DNA from: Candidatus Poribacteria bacterium
Lineage (GTDB): Bacteria > Poribacteria > WGA-4E > PCPOR2b
DNA: 64,000 nucleotides
Assembly (NCBI GenBank): GCA_965218095.1
Contig: OZ244587.1
Location: forward strand, 288,001-352,000
Reading direction: 5' to 3'
Part shown: piece after piece, positions 29,242 through 40,523 of the stretch
Position numbering within the stretch: position 1 is the first letter of the stretch
How the letters are laid out: each line of letters starts with the position of its first letter
Program-made: the position numbers and the translations under genes
The notes under the pieces: generated by a model
Databases searched by the model: none
What the model was told of the DNA's origin: nothing
What the model saw: the letters and a program-made list of their open reading frames with translations, nothing else

Positions 29242-30168
29242 ATGATTGGAAGCCTGCAAAGGGTTTCTTTACGTGAGGTTTGGCCCCATGAAGCACGCGA
29301 TTTCACAAAGTGGCTTGAGAACAACATTGATGAGTTGAATAACGCGATTGACCTGTCACTCTCAATCGTAGAACGTGAGCATCCAGCAGGTGATTTCAGC
29401 GTAGACCTCGTCGCAGAAGATGAATCGGGGAATCCTGTTATTATTGAAAATCAGCTTGAGCGGAGTAACCATGACCACCTCGGCAAGCTAATCACCTATT
29501 TGGCCGCAATCGGTGCCAAAGCCGCTATCTGGATTGTCGCTGATCCCAGGCCCGAACACGTCGGCGCGATTTCTTGGCTGAATGAATCGTCTTCGGCCTC
29601 CTTCTATCTGCTTAAGCTTGAAGCAGTTCGGATCGGAGATTCGCCACCAGCACCGCTGCTAACACTGATTGTTGGTCCCAGTGAGGAAATCCGGGAAGCT
29701 GGCGAAAAGAAGAAGGAACTCACAGAAAAGCACATTCTCTGCCGCCGGTTTTGCACACAGTTGTTGAAACAGGCTAAAGAAAGAACCCAACTACATGCCA
29801 ACAGTTTACCCAGCCAGAGGGGAGAGATATGGACAACAGAAAGTGGGTTATCCTTTGGATACGTTATCCGGCAACATAAATCTAATGTGGAGCTGTACAT
29901 CGATCGAGGCGAGGGTGCGGACAGGGAGAATAATGAGATCTTCGATACGCTCGAAAAAGCTAAAGGAGAGATTGAAGAAGCCTTTGGTAAACCTCTCGAA
30001 TGGCTTCCCCTCGAAGACAAGCGTGCTTGTCGAATTGTAAAACGATTTTCTCTGGGCGGTTACCGAGACGATGAAGAGAAGTGGCCGGAGGTACAGGACG
30101 CCATGATTGATGGGATGATTCAGTTGGAGAAGGCATTCAGATCTCATATTGACAAGTTACCGGTGTAA
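29242..30168 (+). CDS. PD-(D/E)XK-like nuclease domain + DUF4268 protein
   Basis: LREVWPHEARDFTKWL, VDLVAED, IIENQL, HDHLGKLITY; C-terminal VELYID...EIEEAFG.PLEW..L..KRACRI. Confidence 0.82.
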   Translation: MIGSLQRVSLREVWPHEARDFTKWLENNIDELNNAIDLSLSIVEREHPAGDFSVDLVAEDESGNPVIIENQLERSNHDHLGKLITYLAAIGAKAAIWIVADPRPEHVGAISWLNESSSASFYLLKLEAVRIGDSPPAPLLTLIVGPSEEIREAGEKKKELTEKHILCRRFCTQLLKQAKERTQLHANSLPSQRGEIWTTESGLSFGYVIRQHKSNVELYIDRGEGADRENNEIFDTLEKAKGEIEEAFGKPLEWLPLEDKRACRIVKRFSLGGYRDDEEKWPEVQDAMIDGMIQLEKAFRSHIDKLPV

Positions 30169-30217
30169 TTATCATCACGGGTTTATCCCCCACCATATAG
30201 CAAGGGGGCAATTGAAT

Positions 30218-30547
30218 ATGGCATTTCCATCACACGGTGTTACTCACCGTCCAACCGTGACCGGCACGCACGGCATGGTTTCCAGCGCGCACCCCCTCGC
30301 AAGTTTGGCGGGTGCGCGGATATTACTTCAGGGCGGCAACGCTTTCGATGCAACCGTTTTCAAGACGCATAGGACCGAGGAAGTAGAGAAACAGTTACAC
30401 GACATCTACGGGGTGATTGACCAAGTTGTCATACGTCTTTATCTTGAGGTTGCACACGAAAGCGGTGGGTCTGAGGAAACAGTCGAGGAAATTCCGATGA
30501 GTTACTCCACCGCTTCTACAATTGAAACCAATTTTCTTTGTGGGTAG
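30218..30547 (+). pseudogene. Gamma-glutamyltransferase N-terminal fragment fused to unrelated sequence
   Basis: HRPTVTGTHGMVSSAHPLASLAGARILLQGGNAFDA is the GGT start; similarity stops near 30355. Confidence 0.8.
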
Positions 30548-30565
30548 CTTTTGGGAAATTTAGAT

Positions 30566-30601
30566 AAAAAAAGCCATGTAGAACAATCTACATGACTTTT
30601 T
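30566..30601. terminator. Bidirectional Rho-independent terminator
   Basis: A-tract, CATGTAGA/TCTACATG stem, T-tract, between convergent genes. Confidence 0.7.
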
Positions 30602-30632
30602 ATGTATATCAGAACGATAAGATCTGCAGAAT

Positions 30633-31193
30633 CTATCGGCGATCAGGGCGACGGCGGATTTGTTCCCGCCGTGCTTTGCGTTCCTCATCAACCTCCGTAT
30701 CTCTGTCCGGTAGATGGCGCCGCTGTTTCAACCGCCGCCATGTTTCCCTCCCGTTCTCTCGACGTTCACCCGATGACGTTTGCCGGCTCCGATTCCCCGA
30801 CCGTTGGAAAGAGTTATCTTCTCGCTGCCCTACGCGTCGGCTATTCTGGCGATTCGAGTTCGTAGGTTGGACTGAATCTTGGGTTGGTGCACGCCGGATG
30901 GGAGCCTCATCCTCGGTGTAGCTATCATTCGGATTTGGGGCAATCGCGTAGCCACCATAATGCAGGTCTTCCGCATATTGATAGTAGTGTGACATGTGCC
31001 AAGCGTCATAGGAGTAATGTGGTGGGGGACTGCCGTAACCTCCAAAGTAGTAGCCATCGTACACAACTTCCTCCCGTTCATCAACCGCTTCATAAGGTTG
31101 GTCTAGAGGGACGAGGCGAGCACTACACCCTGTCAAGCCACTAAAGGCGAACACCCCAAGCACGATAGCGTAGATGAAATCGCGAGGTTTCAT
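30633..31193 (-). CDS. Hypothetical lipoprotein with a Tyr-rich middle and Arg-rich tail
   Basis: Signal peptide with lipobox LTGC; follows the LysM gene. Confidence 0.7.
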   Translation of the reverse strand: MKPRDFIYAIVLGVFAFSGLTGCSARLVPLDQPYEAVDEREEVVYDGYYFGGYGSPPPHYSYDAWHMSHYYQYAEDLHYGGYAIAPNPNDSYTEDEAPIRRAPTQDSVQPTNSNRQNSRRVGQREDNSFQRSGNRSRQTSSGERRENGRETWRRLKQRRHLPDRDTEVDEERKARREQIRRRPDRR

Positions 31194-31261
31194 AGTATCC
31201 CCCTATTTCGCCGTTGGCAGATTATCAGCTATCTGTACTACTCGCTTGTTGAAACGACGGG

Positions 31262-32143
31262 TTAATCTCCCCATGCCTCTCCACGAGGCACCCACAACGA
31301 TTGCCCTTCATAGATGCGATCGCGATCAAAGTGATAATCGTCTTGATTTGCTTCGACTAGCCTTGGCCAAAGCTTGGCATTGTCGTAGACTTCTGGACGT
31401 GAAGCAATTATTGAAAGTGTATCGCCTTTACGCACACGATATTGGTTGACTTTCTTTGGAGAAGTGATTGTAAAACTAAAGCTGTGGCCCGAAGCAAGGG
31501 TGTTGGCGGCGGCGGAAGTATCTTCGACGTCTGATATGCTAATGGTATATTTGCGCCCCGCCCGAAATCGATCATTGGGAGTAAATGTAATTGTGTTTCC
31601 GCTACCAGAGACACTACCAGCAATCTCACCAGATTGTTGGCTTACCGATAAAGAACCCGATGCGCTGTTAACATCTTCGCTGAAGGTGATTGAAATCGGA
31701 ACACCCACACTCAGGGAGTCTTCATAATCAGATATGACTGTTCCATCTGAGGGATTTGTTCCCGTGATTGTCGGGGGCGTTGTATCGGTGTAGGTGAATT
31801 TCTGGGACATTGTGACAATACCTTCTGGCTCGGTATTGCCCTTGTTGGTTACAGCAACCGAAACCGATTCTCCCGCTGTCCCCGGCGGCGTCATTGCTGT
31901 AATCTCGGTTTTACCTGGGACATTTACATTTGTGGCATCTTTCCCACCGAATTTAACCATAACGCCCTTTTTCATATCAAATTTCTCGCCTGTAATTCGG
32001 ACGGATGTTCCACCGGTCTCAGGTCCTTCCGTTGGGCTGAGATTTGCGGGCTCGGGCGGCGGATTGCAGCCTCCACAACCAGAAACCCAGGTCAATACAA
32101 ATGCGAATACAAAAACTGTTGCGACATTTCTGAGTTTCTTCAT
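31262..32143 (-). CDS. Lipoprotein with IPT/TIG, Ig-like (Big_5) and LysM domains
   Basis: VSGC lipobox; SPTEGPETGGTSVRITG; DTTPPTITGTNP...ITFSEDV; YRVRKGDTLSIIA...IYEGQSLWVP. Confidence 0.88.
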   Translation of the reverse strand: MKKLRNVATVFVFAFVLTWVSGCGGCNPPPEPANLSPTEGPETGGTSVRITGEKFDMKKGVMVKFGGKDATNVNVPGKTEITAMTPPGTAGESVSVAVTNKGNTEPEGIVTMSQKFTYTDTTPPTITGTNPSDGTVISDYEDSLSVGVPISITFSEDVNSASGSLSVSQQSGEIAGSVSGSGNTITFTPNDRFRAGRKYTISISDVEDTSAAANTLASGHSFSFTITSPKKVNQYRVRKGDTLSIIASRPEVYDNAKLWPRLVEANQDDYHFDRDRIYEGQSLWVPRGEAWGD

Positions 32144-32218
32144 TTGTTTTTCTCCTGAACGTTTAGATGAGATTCAAAATCCTTGGTACAAAGGATAAAT
32201 TGGGTGATAACCTTTTCT

Positions 32219-32247
32219 AGTATACAGGTTAATGGGAGGTTTGTCAA
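32219..32247 (-). promoter_or_regulatory. Sigma70-type promoter
   Basis: TTGACA-17 bp-TATACT upstream of 32143. Confidence 0.7.
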
Positions 32248-32380
32248 CACTTTTTATGGGGAAACACACTTCCAGAGAAGTCACCCCGGAAAATTGGGGG
32301 CTTCAAGGAAAGAGAATTTCCCCAAGGCCATATCTTTGACGAATCATGCACTGCGCTGTTGGAGTTGATTTTCCTTGCTG

Positions 32381-32737
32381 TCATTCGTTGCGGACTTTGA
32401 AGTTCGTCGTGGACCGCTGAAGTGAAGCGTTTGTAGCACAGTCAATCGGCGTGAACGCCTCACCCTTTCGTTTGCTCATCCCGTGAATCGCCCGGGCAAA
32501 TAGCTCTTTGCCGATGCCTGTTTCTCCCTGAAGGAGAATGGGGAGATCGGTCGGTTCATACTTTTCAACCAATTGCCAGACCTGCTGAATCTGGGGACTT
32601 TCTCCGATAATCGCGCTACGCATGGATAGCTTCTGAAAGCTTTCCCTCTCATTGTCTCTGAGTAACGCGCTCACCGCTTGTTTGAGTTTCTGATTATCAA
32701 ACGGCTTTTCAATGAAATCATATTGAGTAAAACACAA
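32381..32737 (-). pseudogene. Internal fragment of a sigma54-dependent (NtrC-type) response regulator
   Basis: YDFIEKPF receiver tail, IIGESP, LLQGETGIGKELFARAIH; truncated before the GAFTGA loop. Confidence 0.8.
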
Positions 32738-32774
32738 AGATGTGGTAAAATAGAGAAAAGAAGGGAGATAATTT

Positions 32775-33188
32775 ATGTCCCAAAATTTCCGCTTTCGGAA
32801 ATTACCATCGAACTTCCAGAGCCGATTATTGTCCGATTACGCGAACAAGCCCACAAGTTAGAAAAGTCGCTTGAAAATCTGGTCGCGCAGCAAATTGTGA
32901 ATACGTTCGATTTTGCGATTCCTACCGATTGTCGATGAGATTGGCCACATCACTGCGCTAATTTGGGATGTCTTTGAGTCGTTTAATACGGTTTATTATC
33001 AACTCATCCCGGATTTTGAACTAACGCCATCAACAGATACTGAAAAACTCGGGAATTTATTGATGGACATTAAGCTTGAACTTCAGCGCATTGCCCAACA
33101 TACTTCTGATGCCGATGAATCTTGGTTGCAGCTTGCCAACTTATGCTATGAGGCAAAAGACAAGGAGGAACCAAATGAACGTCCATGA
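32775..33188 (+). pseudogene. Small ribbon-helix-helix-like gene broken by frameshifts
   Basis: RBS and ATG at 32775; EITIELPEPIIVRLREQAHK lies in one frame and the remainder in another; the end overlaps the sucC start. Confidence 0.5.
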
Positions 33189-34350
33189 ATACCAAGCGAA
33201 AGAAATCCTGAAAGCACACGGCGTCAATGTCCCACGCGGGGAAGTGGCGTCAACCCCCGATGAAGCAGAAACGATTGCCCGCAAGCTGAGTTGTCCGATG
33301 TACGTCGTGAAGGCGCAAATCCACGCCGGAGGACGCGGAAAAGGTGGAGGCGTCAAACTCGCGGACAGCCCAGAGGAAGTCAGAGAGCACGCCAAAGCCA
33401 TCCTCGGTATGCAGCTTGTTACCCATCAGACGGGCCCCGAAGGGAAACTCGTTCGCAAAGTGCTGGTTGCTGAAGCGAATGAGATTGAGAAGGAGCTTTA
33501 TCTCAGCGTGGTCGGAGATCGCGCGAGCTCGCGGGTTGTGATGATGGGCAGCGAGGAGGGCGGTGTGGATATTGAAGAGGTTGCTGCGAACCGTCCCGAA
33601 AAGATCCTCAAGGAGACAATCGATCCGGCGATTGGGTTGTCTCCCTTCCAAGCGAGGAAGCTGGCTTACGGTTTGAATATTCCGAAAGACCTCATCGGCA
33701 AAGCAACGACGTTGATGACCGCTTTGTACAACACCTTCATCGACTGTGATTGTTCGCTCGCCGAGATCAACCCGCTCGCTATCACGAGAACCGCTGATGG
33801 GCAGGACATTGTGGCTCTTGATGCCAAGCTCAATTTCGATGACAACGCGCTTTGGCGGCATGAAGATATTGAGGCAATGCGCGATCCGCACGAGGAGGAT
33901 GCCCGTGAGTTAGAAGCCGGAAAATCGGGCTTGAGCTACATCAGCCTAGACGGAAATATCGGGTGCATGGTTAATGGAGCGGGGCTTGCGATGGCAACGA
34001 TGGATCTGATTAAGCTGCACGGCGGCGAACCCGCGAATTTCCTTGATGTTGGTGGCGGTGCGACGGCGGAAGCTGTTACGCACGCTTTCCGACTGATTCT
34101 CGCCGACGAAAAGGTGAAGGCGGTCCTCGTCAATATTTTCGGTGGTATCATGCAGTGCGATGTGATCGCCAACGGGATTATTGAGGCGGTCAAGCAGATT
34201 GATCTGAAAGTCCCGCTTGTTGTGCGGTTGGAAGGCACGAACGTGGAATTTGGGAAGCAGATTCTTGCGGATTCAGACTTGAATTTGATTGCTGCTGATG
34301 GGCTTGCAGAAGCGGCGCAGAAAGCGGTATTCGCAGCGAAAGGAGGGTGA
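33175..34350 (+). CDS. sucC: Succinyl-CoA synthetase beta subunit
   Basis: [43 protein letters not shown]; AAGGAGG RBS before 33175. Confidence 0.98.
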   Translation: MNVHEYQAKEILKAHGVNVPRGEVASTPDEAETIARKLSCPMYVVKAQIHAGGRGKGGGVKLADSPEEVREHAKAILGMQLVTHQTGPEGKLVRKVLVAEANEIEKELYLSVVGDRASSRVVMMGSEEGGVDIEEVAANRPEKILKETIDPAIGLSPFQARKLAYGLNIPKDLIGKATTLMTALYNTFIDCDCSLAEINPLAITRTADGQDIVALDAKLNFDDNALWRHEDIEAMRDPHEEDARELEAGKSGLSYISLDGNIGCMVNGAGLAMATMDLIKLHGGEPANFLDVGGGATAEAVTHAFRLILADEKVKAVLVNIFGGIMQCDVIANGIIEAVKQIDLKVPLVVRLEGTNVEFGKQILADSDLNLIAADGLAEAAQKAVFAAKGG

Positions 34351-34351
34351 A

Positions 34352-35587
34352 ATGAGAAGACATTGGAACCGTCTAATTCTTATTGGGTATGGGTGCATGG
34401 TGCTGTTGTGTCTATTCGGATGTTTTGATGCCGATTATCCAACGAATACTATCGGCGATGTATTTGGGGGCATTGATGATCCGGATTTTTCAAGCGTTGC
34501 TTCGGCTAACACAAAATTTGGGTTCACGCTGCTTATGGATCTCCGAGAACGAGAACCCGGAGAGAATATTTTTATCTCTCCATTGAGCATCTCGATTGCG
34601 CTGACCATGACCTATAACGGAGCCGTTGGAGAAACAGAACGCGCCATGGCAGAAGTGTTAGAAATAGAGGGATTAGACCTGGACACAGTCAATTATTCCA
34701 ACGCAGCATTACGAAAAAGCCTCGAAAACCCTGATCCGAAAGTCGAAATCTCGATTGCAAATTCAATCTGGTCGCGCCAGGGGGTCGAATTCAACCCTGA
34801 TTTTTTAGATCGAAATCGCTTATTTTTTGAAGCGGAGATTGCCTCGCTTGATTTTAGCACGCCGCAAGCGACGGAAATCATCAACAGGTGGGTTGATACA
34901 AACACGAATGGCAAGATTCAGAAAATCGTTGAAAAGATTAACCCGCAAACACTGCTTTTCTTGGTTAACGCTATCTATTTCAAGGGTAACTGGCAGGAGG
35001 AGTTCAATAAGTTAAAAACACGGGCGGGCATTTTTCATCTGCCAGATGGGAGTAAGAAGCGGGTAAAGATGATGCGTCGAGAGGGAGCGTACCCATACTT
35101 CCGCGGTAAGAATTTTGAAGCAGCGAGCTTACCGTATGGTGATGGACAAGTGAGCATGTATATCTTCCTCCCCAGCCGCAACTCCAGCCTCAATGAATTT
35201 TTGGAAGATCTGAACGCGGAAAATTGGGCAAGCTGGCTGTCACAGTTTTCCCCAGTACGGGAAGACAGTACGATGATACTTCCCCGTTTCAAACTGGAAT
35301 ATGAAGTAAATCTCAACGACACGCTCAAAGCATTAGGGATGGACATCGCTTTCAATAGCGGTGCCGATTTTACCGGCATGGGACCAAGCCTTTTTATCAG
35401 TGAGGTTCAGCATAAAACCTTCGTGGAAGTAAACGAAAAGGGTACAGAAGCGGCCGCTGTCACTGCTGTCGTGGGAGTTACGTCTGTACCGCCGGTCTTC
35501 CGGGTAGACCGTCCCTTCTTTTTCGCCATTCATGACGCCAAAACGGAGACCATACTGTTCATGGGGATCGTCACGGAACCGATGTAG
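34352..35587 (+). CDS. Lipoprotein serpin
   Basis: LFGC lipobox, NIFISPLSI, NAIYFKGNW, EVNEKGTEAAAVT, FRVDRPFFFAI. Confidence 0.96.
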   Translation: MRRHWNRLILIGYGCMVLLCLFGCFDADYPTNTIGDVFGGIDDPDFSSVASANTKFGFTLLMDLREREPGENIFISPLSISIALTMTYNGAVGETERAMAEVLEIEGLDLDTVNYSNAALRKSLENPDPKVEISIANSIWSRQGVEFNPDFLDRNRLFFEAEIASLDFSTPQATEIINRWVDTNTNGKIQKIVEKINPQTLLFLVNAIYFKGNWQEEFNKLKTRAGIFHLPDGSKKRVKMMRREGAYPYFRGKNFEAASLPYGDGQVSMYIFLPSRNSSLNEFLEDLNAENWASWLSQFSPVREDSTMILPRFKLEYEVNLNDTLKALGMDIAFNSGADFTGMGPSLFISEVQHKTFVEVNEKGTEAAAVTAVVGVTSVPPVFRVDRPFFFAIHDAKTETILFMGIVTEPM

Positions 35588-35616
35588 TCAGCGGAAGACT
35601 CAACCGCACAAGGTAA

Positions 35617-37065
<1,449 letters not shown>

Positions 37066-37220
37066 AACCGCGCGCTGTTACCCCGGAGTTAGGATGTTCA
37101 GCCGGTAATGGGTCGCCCGGCTAAAGCCTCGACATCCAGCAACCATCCATCAGTTTGAACTTGACAGATCACTAGGCATACGGGGCTCGATTGCGGTTTT
37201 GATTCACGTTTCACGCCCTA

Positions 37221-37379
37221 GGTTCTGTTGACATTTGACGGATTGAACCAATCTCCGTTCCGAGAGTCTTCGACCTGATGCACCTTGAGGCGATTTAGGA
37301 CAACCGCCTGGGTTTTTGGCGGGTCGCGCGATGATTACAGCGTTTCCCGAATTCGCGATAGCGAAATGTCAACACGCCC
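37221..37379. mobile_element. 159-bp MITE with IS5-family ends
   Basis: Left GGTTCTGTTGACATTT is identical to the IS at 63054; right AAATGTCAACACGCCC; TA on both flanks (37219-37220, 37380-37381). Confidence 0.85.
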
Positions 37380-37389
37380 TAATGAACAA

Positions 37390-37767
37390 ATGACACAGAT
37401 TGATTTTTCATTGACAGACAAGGTTGTTCTCGTGACGGGTGCGGGGAAAGGCATTGGTAAGGAGATTGCGCTGGCTGGCGCGGATGTCGCCGTAGGGAGC
37501 CGCACCGTGAGCGAGGTCGAACAGGTAGTGGCGGAGATTCGCAAGACGGGGCGACATGCAGAGGCATAGCGGCTGGATGTGACGTGGGTTCCGAGCATTC
37601 ACGAATTTGTGGATAAAACACTTGATGTTTTTGGGTGCATCAATGTGATGGGGCGTCTCGCGAAACCGGAGGAGATGGCGGCGGCGGTTATCTATCTCGC
37701 AAGCGATGCGGCTCGTATGGTTACCGGGCATATCCTCGTCGTCGATGGCGGTTGGACGGCGGTCTAA
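37390..37767 (+). pseudogene. Short-chain dehydrogenase remnant
   Basis: VTGAGKGIG; in-frame TAG at 37567-37569; catalytic middle deleted; C-terminal [11 protein letters not shown]...VDGGW retained. Confidence 0.85.
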
Positions 37768-37787
37768 TGAAAGGAAGGATAGGGACA

Positions 37788-38651
37788 ATGACACAATTGA
37801 CTTCAAATGGTGTACCACTGGATATGTCGCCAAAAACATTCGGTGAACTACGTGAATCGAATGACTTGCTTGACAATATGCCCGCCTTGAGGGAACGCAT
37901 GGCGGGGGACGGCTACCTCTTGCTCCGTGATTTCCTGAACTTGCAGTGTGTCATGGAAGCCCGGCGAGCCGTGTTAGAAGTGTTGGCTGAACATGAGATG
38001 CTGGACGAAAACTATCCCTTGATGGACGCACGGACAGCAAAGGGTGACAACAGAGCGTTTCGCTCGGCGATCAGCAGCCAAGCAGCATTGGGGAAGTTAC
38101 CCGCCGTGCGAAAGCTGGTGCACTCCGGTCAGATGATCGAGTTCTACACCGCATTTCTCGGCGGCGACGTTCGGTCGTTTGATTTCGTCTGGATGCGGGT
38201 GATGGGGCCCGGCAGATCCACTTCACCGCATTACGACATCGTGTACATGGGGCGGGGGACAACGAATCTGTACACCTCGTGGACGCCGCTGGGAGACGCC
38301 CCCATAAGCGACGGCTCGCTAATGATCCTTGAAAATTCTCATCGTCTGGAAGAGGTCAAAGCCAGTTATGGACGGATGGATGTGGACAAAAAGGGCAATT
38401 GGAAAAAAACGGGCGGGCACTACGGCAAAGACCCCGCGGTGCTCCAAAAAAGATTCGGGCTCCGCTGGCTGACAACGGACTTCCGCGCCGGGGATCTGTT
38501 AATATTTTCCATGTACACGATGCACTGCTCGCTGGACAATGTTTCGGACCGGATTCGGCTCTCTTCAGACACGCGCTACCAATTGGCGTCAGAGCCGGTG
38601 GATGAACGTTGGATCGGCGAAAATCCAATCGCCCATTCCAAGCGGGAATAA
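37788..38651 (+). CDS. Phytanoyl-CoA dioxygenase (PhyH) family Fe(II)/2-oxoglutarate enzyme
   Basis: DGYLLLR, PHYD, WTPLGD, AGDLLIF...MH.S..N...IRLSSDTRYQ. Start is 37767 or 37788. Confidence 0.9.
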   Translation: MTQLTSNGVPLDMSPKTFGELRESNDLLDNMPALRERMAGDGYLLLRDFLNLQCVMEARRAVLEVLAEHEMLDENYPLMDARTAKGDNRAFRSAISSQAALGKLPAVRKLVHSGQMIEFYTAFLGGDVRSFDFVWMRVMGPGRSTSPHYDIVYMGRGTTNLYTSWTPLGDAPISDGSLMILENSHRLEEVKASYGRMDVDKKGNWKKTGGHYGKDPAVLQKRFGLRWLTTDFRAGDLLIFSMYTMHCSLDNVSDRIRLSSDTRYQLASEPVDERWIGENPIAHSKRE

Positions 38652-38830
38652 AACGAGGATAAAGGCAAAGGCCCCGCGTCAATTCGCAGTCAAATTCGTC
38701 GCCGAACCCCGATCTTCGATCGGGGTTTCTCATGGCGAATTTCTAACTTGGAAGAACACGCTGGAATAAAAACCCAGTAAATGTTATTATATTCCACAGA
38801 GAACAGAACCATAACAAACAGGAGGTCATT

Positions 38831-39199
38831 ATGATTATACGAAACTGGCGTGACTCAATTCCCTATGTTGGTCACGAAAGCAAGATTATCTGGCCCGTAC
38901 TCACCCGTGCAGGGAACGAAAACGCCAATCCGCCGGAGGCTGCGTGCCTGCTGGGACTGAGCAATTTCACGCGACATGTGATTCAAGGGCGCGTCACGTC
39001 TGATTACCACGACCACGCAGACAAGGAGCAGGTTTACTACTTCATCAGAGGTCGTGGCAAGATGTTGATTGACGGTCAGGAGTATCCCGTCACAGCGGGC
39101 GACGCGGTGCATTTGCCGCCCAAGACGAAGCACGGGGTCATCAACGACGGCGAGGATGAAATTGAGTACTTGAACATTAGCGCACCCGTTGGATCCTAA
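38831..39199 (+). CDS. Cupin domain protein
   Basis: YHDHADKEQVYYFIRGRG, GDAVHLPP..KH. Confidence 0.88.
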   Translation: MIIRNWRDSIPYVGHESKIIWPVLTRAGNENANPPEAACLLGLSNFTRHVIQGRVTSDYHDHADKEQVYYFIRGRGKMLIDGQEYPVTAGDAVHLPPKTKHGVINDGEDEIEYLNISAPVGS

Positions 39200-39249
39200 G
39201 TTGCCGGACGTTGGACGAATCATCTTACGCATTACGTTAAGGAGCTATT

Positions 39250-40056
39250 ATGATCAAACTCGGCGTTTACGGTTCATATTTTGGCAAGGACGAGCCCAAG
39301 ACACTACCTTATGTTGAAGACTTCATTGACCTTGCCTACGAATTGAAATTGGACGTAATTGATTTCCGCGCGGATGTTGGGTTTCGCTCGCAAGAGCAAG
39401 ATTACCTGCGCGACATCAAGATTAAGTGTGTGAAAGCTGGGCTGCCGATCGGCTATCTAGCGACCGGCGGCCATTTTGTGGGTACCGACGATGAATTGCG
39501 GGAGAAATTGGAACGGTGCAAAGCGGATTTAGATACGGCGGTTTTTCTCGGTGCCCCAATGGTCCGTTCATTTTGCGGGGTTCCGCCGGAAAGCGCCGAA
39601 GGCAGGGCACGTGAAGTCAACTGTTTCCAAGAACTCTGCGACGCCGCCGCCGAAAAGGGCGTCATCGTCGGTGTGCAGAATCACCCGTGCACGGGCGATG
39701 GCGTCCTGCGCCTCCTGCGCGATACGGACCGCGAGAACTTCACTTTTATTCTGGATACCGGACAGTGGGTGGGGTCGCCTGTGAAGAACCGCGGGGTTCC
39801 CGATCCAAACGTGGATATCTATGAGTATATGGAACAGACCGCTCCCTACGCCTCGTATGTCCGCGCGAAGGTCTACAAGGTCGATACCGGGCGCGAGGAG
39901 TGGCTGGATTATGAGCGGATTGTTGAAATTCTGAAATCGGTGAATTTCAACGGTTGTATGTCCATCACATTTGAAGGCAAGGATGCCAACGAATGCGATG
40001 ACAAAGAAACCTTCAGGCGGGCGGCTAAGTATCTGCGCGAATTGCTTGCCGCCTAG
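39250..40056 (+). CDS. Sugar phosphate isomerase/epimerase family protein
   Basis: LGAPMVRSF, VQNH, LDTGQW, SITFEG. Confidence 0.85.
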   Translation: MIKLGVYGSYFGKDEPKTLPYVEDFIDLAYELKLDVIDFRADVGFRSQEQDYLRDIKIKCVKAGLPIGYLATGGHFVGTDDELREKLERCKADLDTAVFLGAPMVRSFCGVPPESAEGRAREVNCFQELCDAAAEKGVIVGVQNHPCTGDGVLRLLRDTDRENFTFILDTGQWVGSPVKNRGVPDPNVDIYEYMEQTAPYASYVRAKVYKVDTGREEWLDYERIVEILKSVNFNGCMSITFEGKDANECDDKETFRRAAKYLRELLAA

Positions 40057-40523
40057 CATAAATTATAACTTAATTCACGCTATAGCAAGCGTGCAGACAC
40101 GATAAACAATCAAGGAGGTTGTAAGGTGAGAAGATGGGAGATCAATTAAAGAAGACTTTACGTCTCATCCTTGATAACGAACGTGGCAATTTTTTGGGGA
40201 AGCGTTTTAATGACGAATTCAAAATGGCTTTTTTATCCGCTGCGAAAATGAACGTGGGAAGATTGAAGGATTTAAGGCCCCAGATAAAAACATTATGATT
40301 TCTGACGTGATTAATGCGCTTGAAGGGATTGATCTGTCGAAACAGGTTAAAAGTTTATTCCTGAATTAAACTAGGCAGATTACGGCACTCCGATTGACAA
40401 CAATGATTCTTGTTAGTCTTGAAAATCGAGAAGACGGTGTGGACTTGGAGGATGCCACTTAATTGCCCATTGAAACCCCTACAAACGGAGGCATTGTATC
40501 CTGATAGCACGGAAGGAGTACAC

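Noticed and set aside
40133-40369. Small gene possibly frameshifted at a T6 run
   Set aside because: Two short frames with no recognisable motif; too weak to call.
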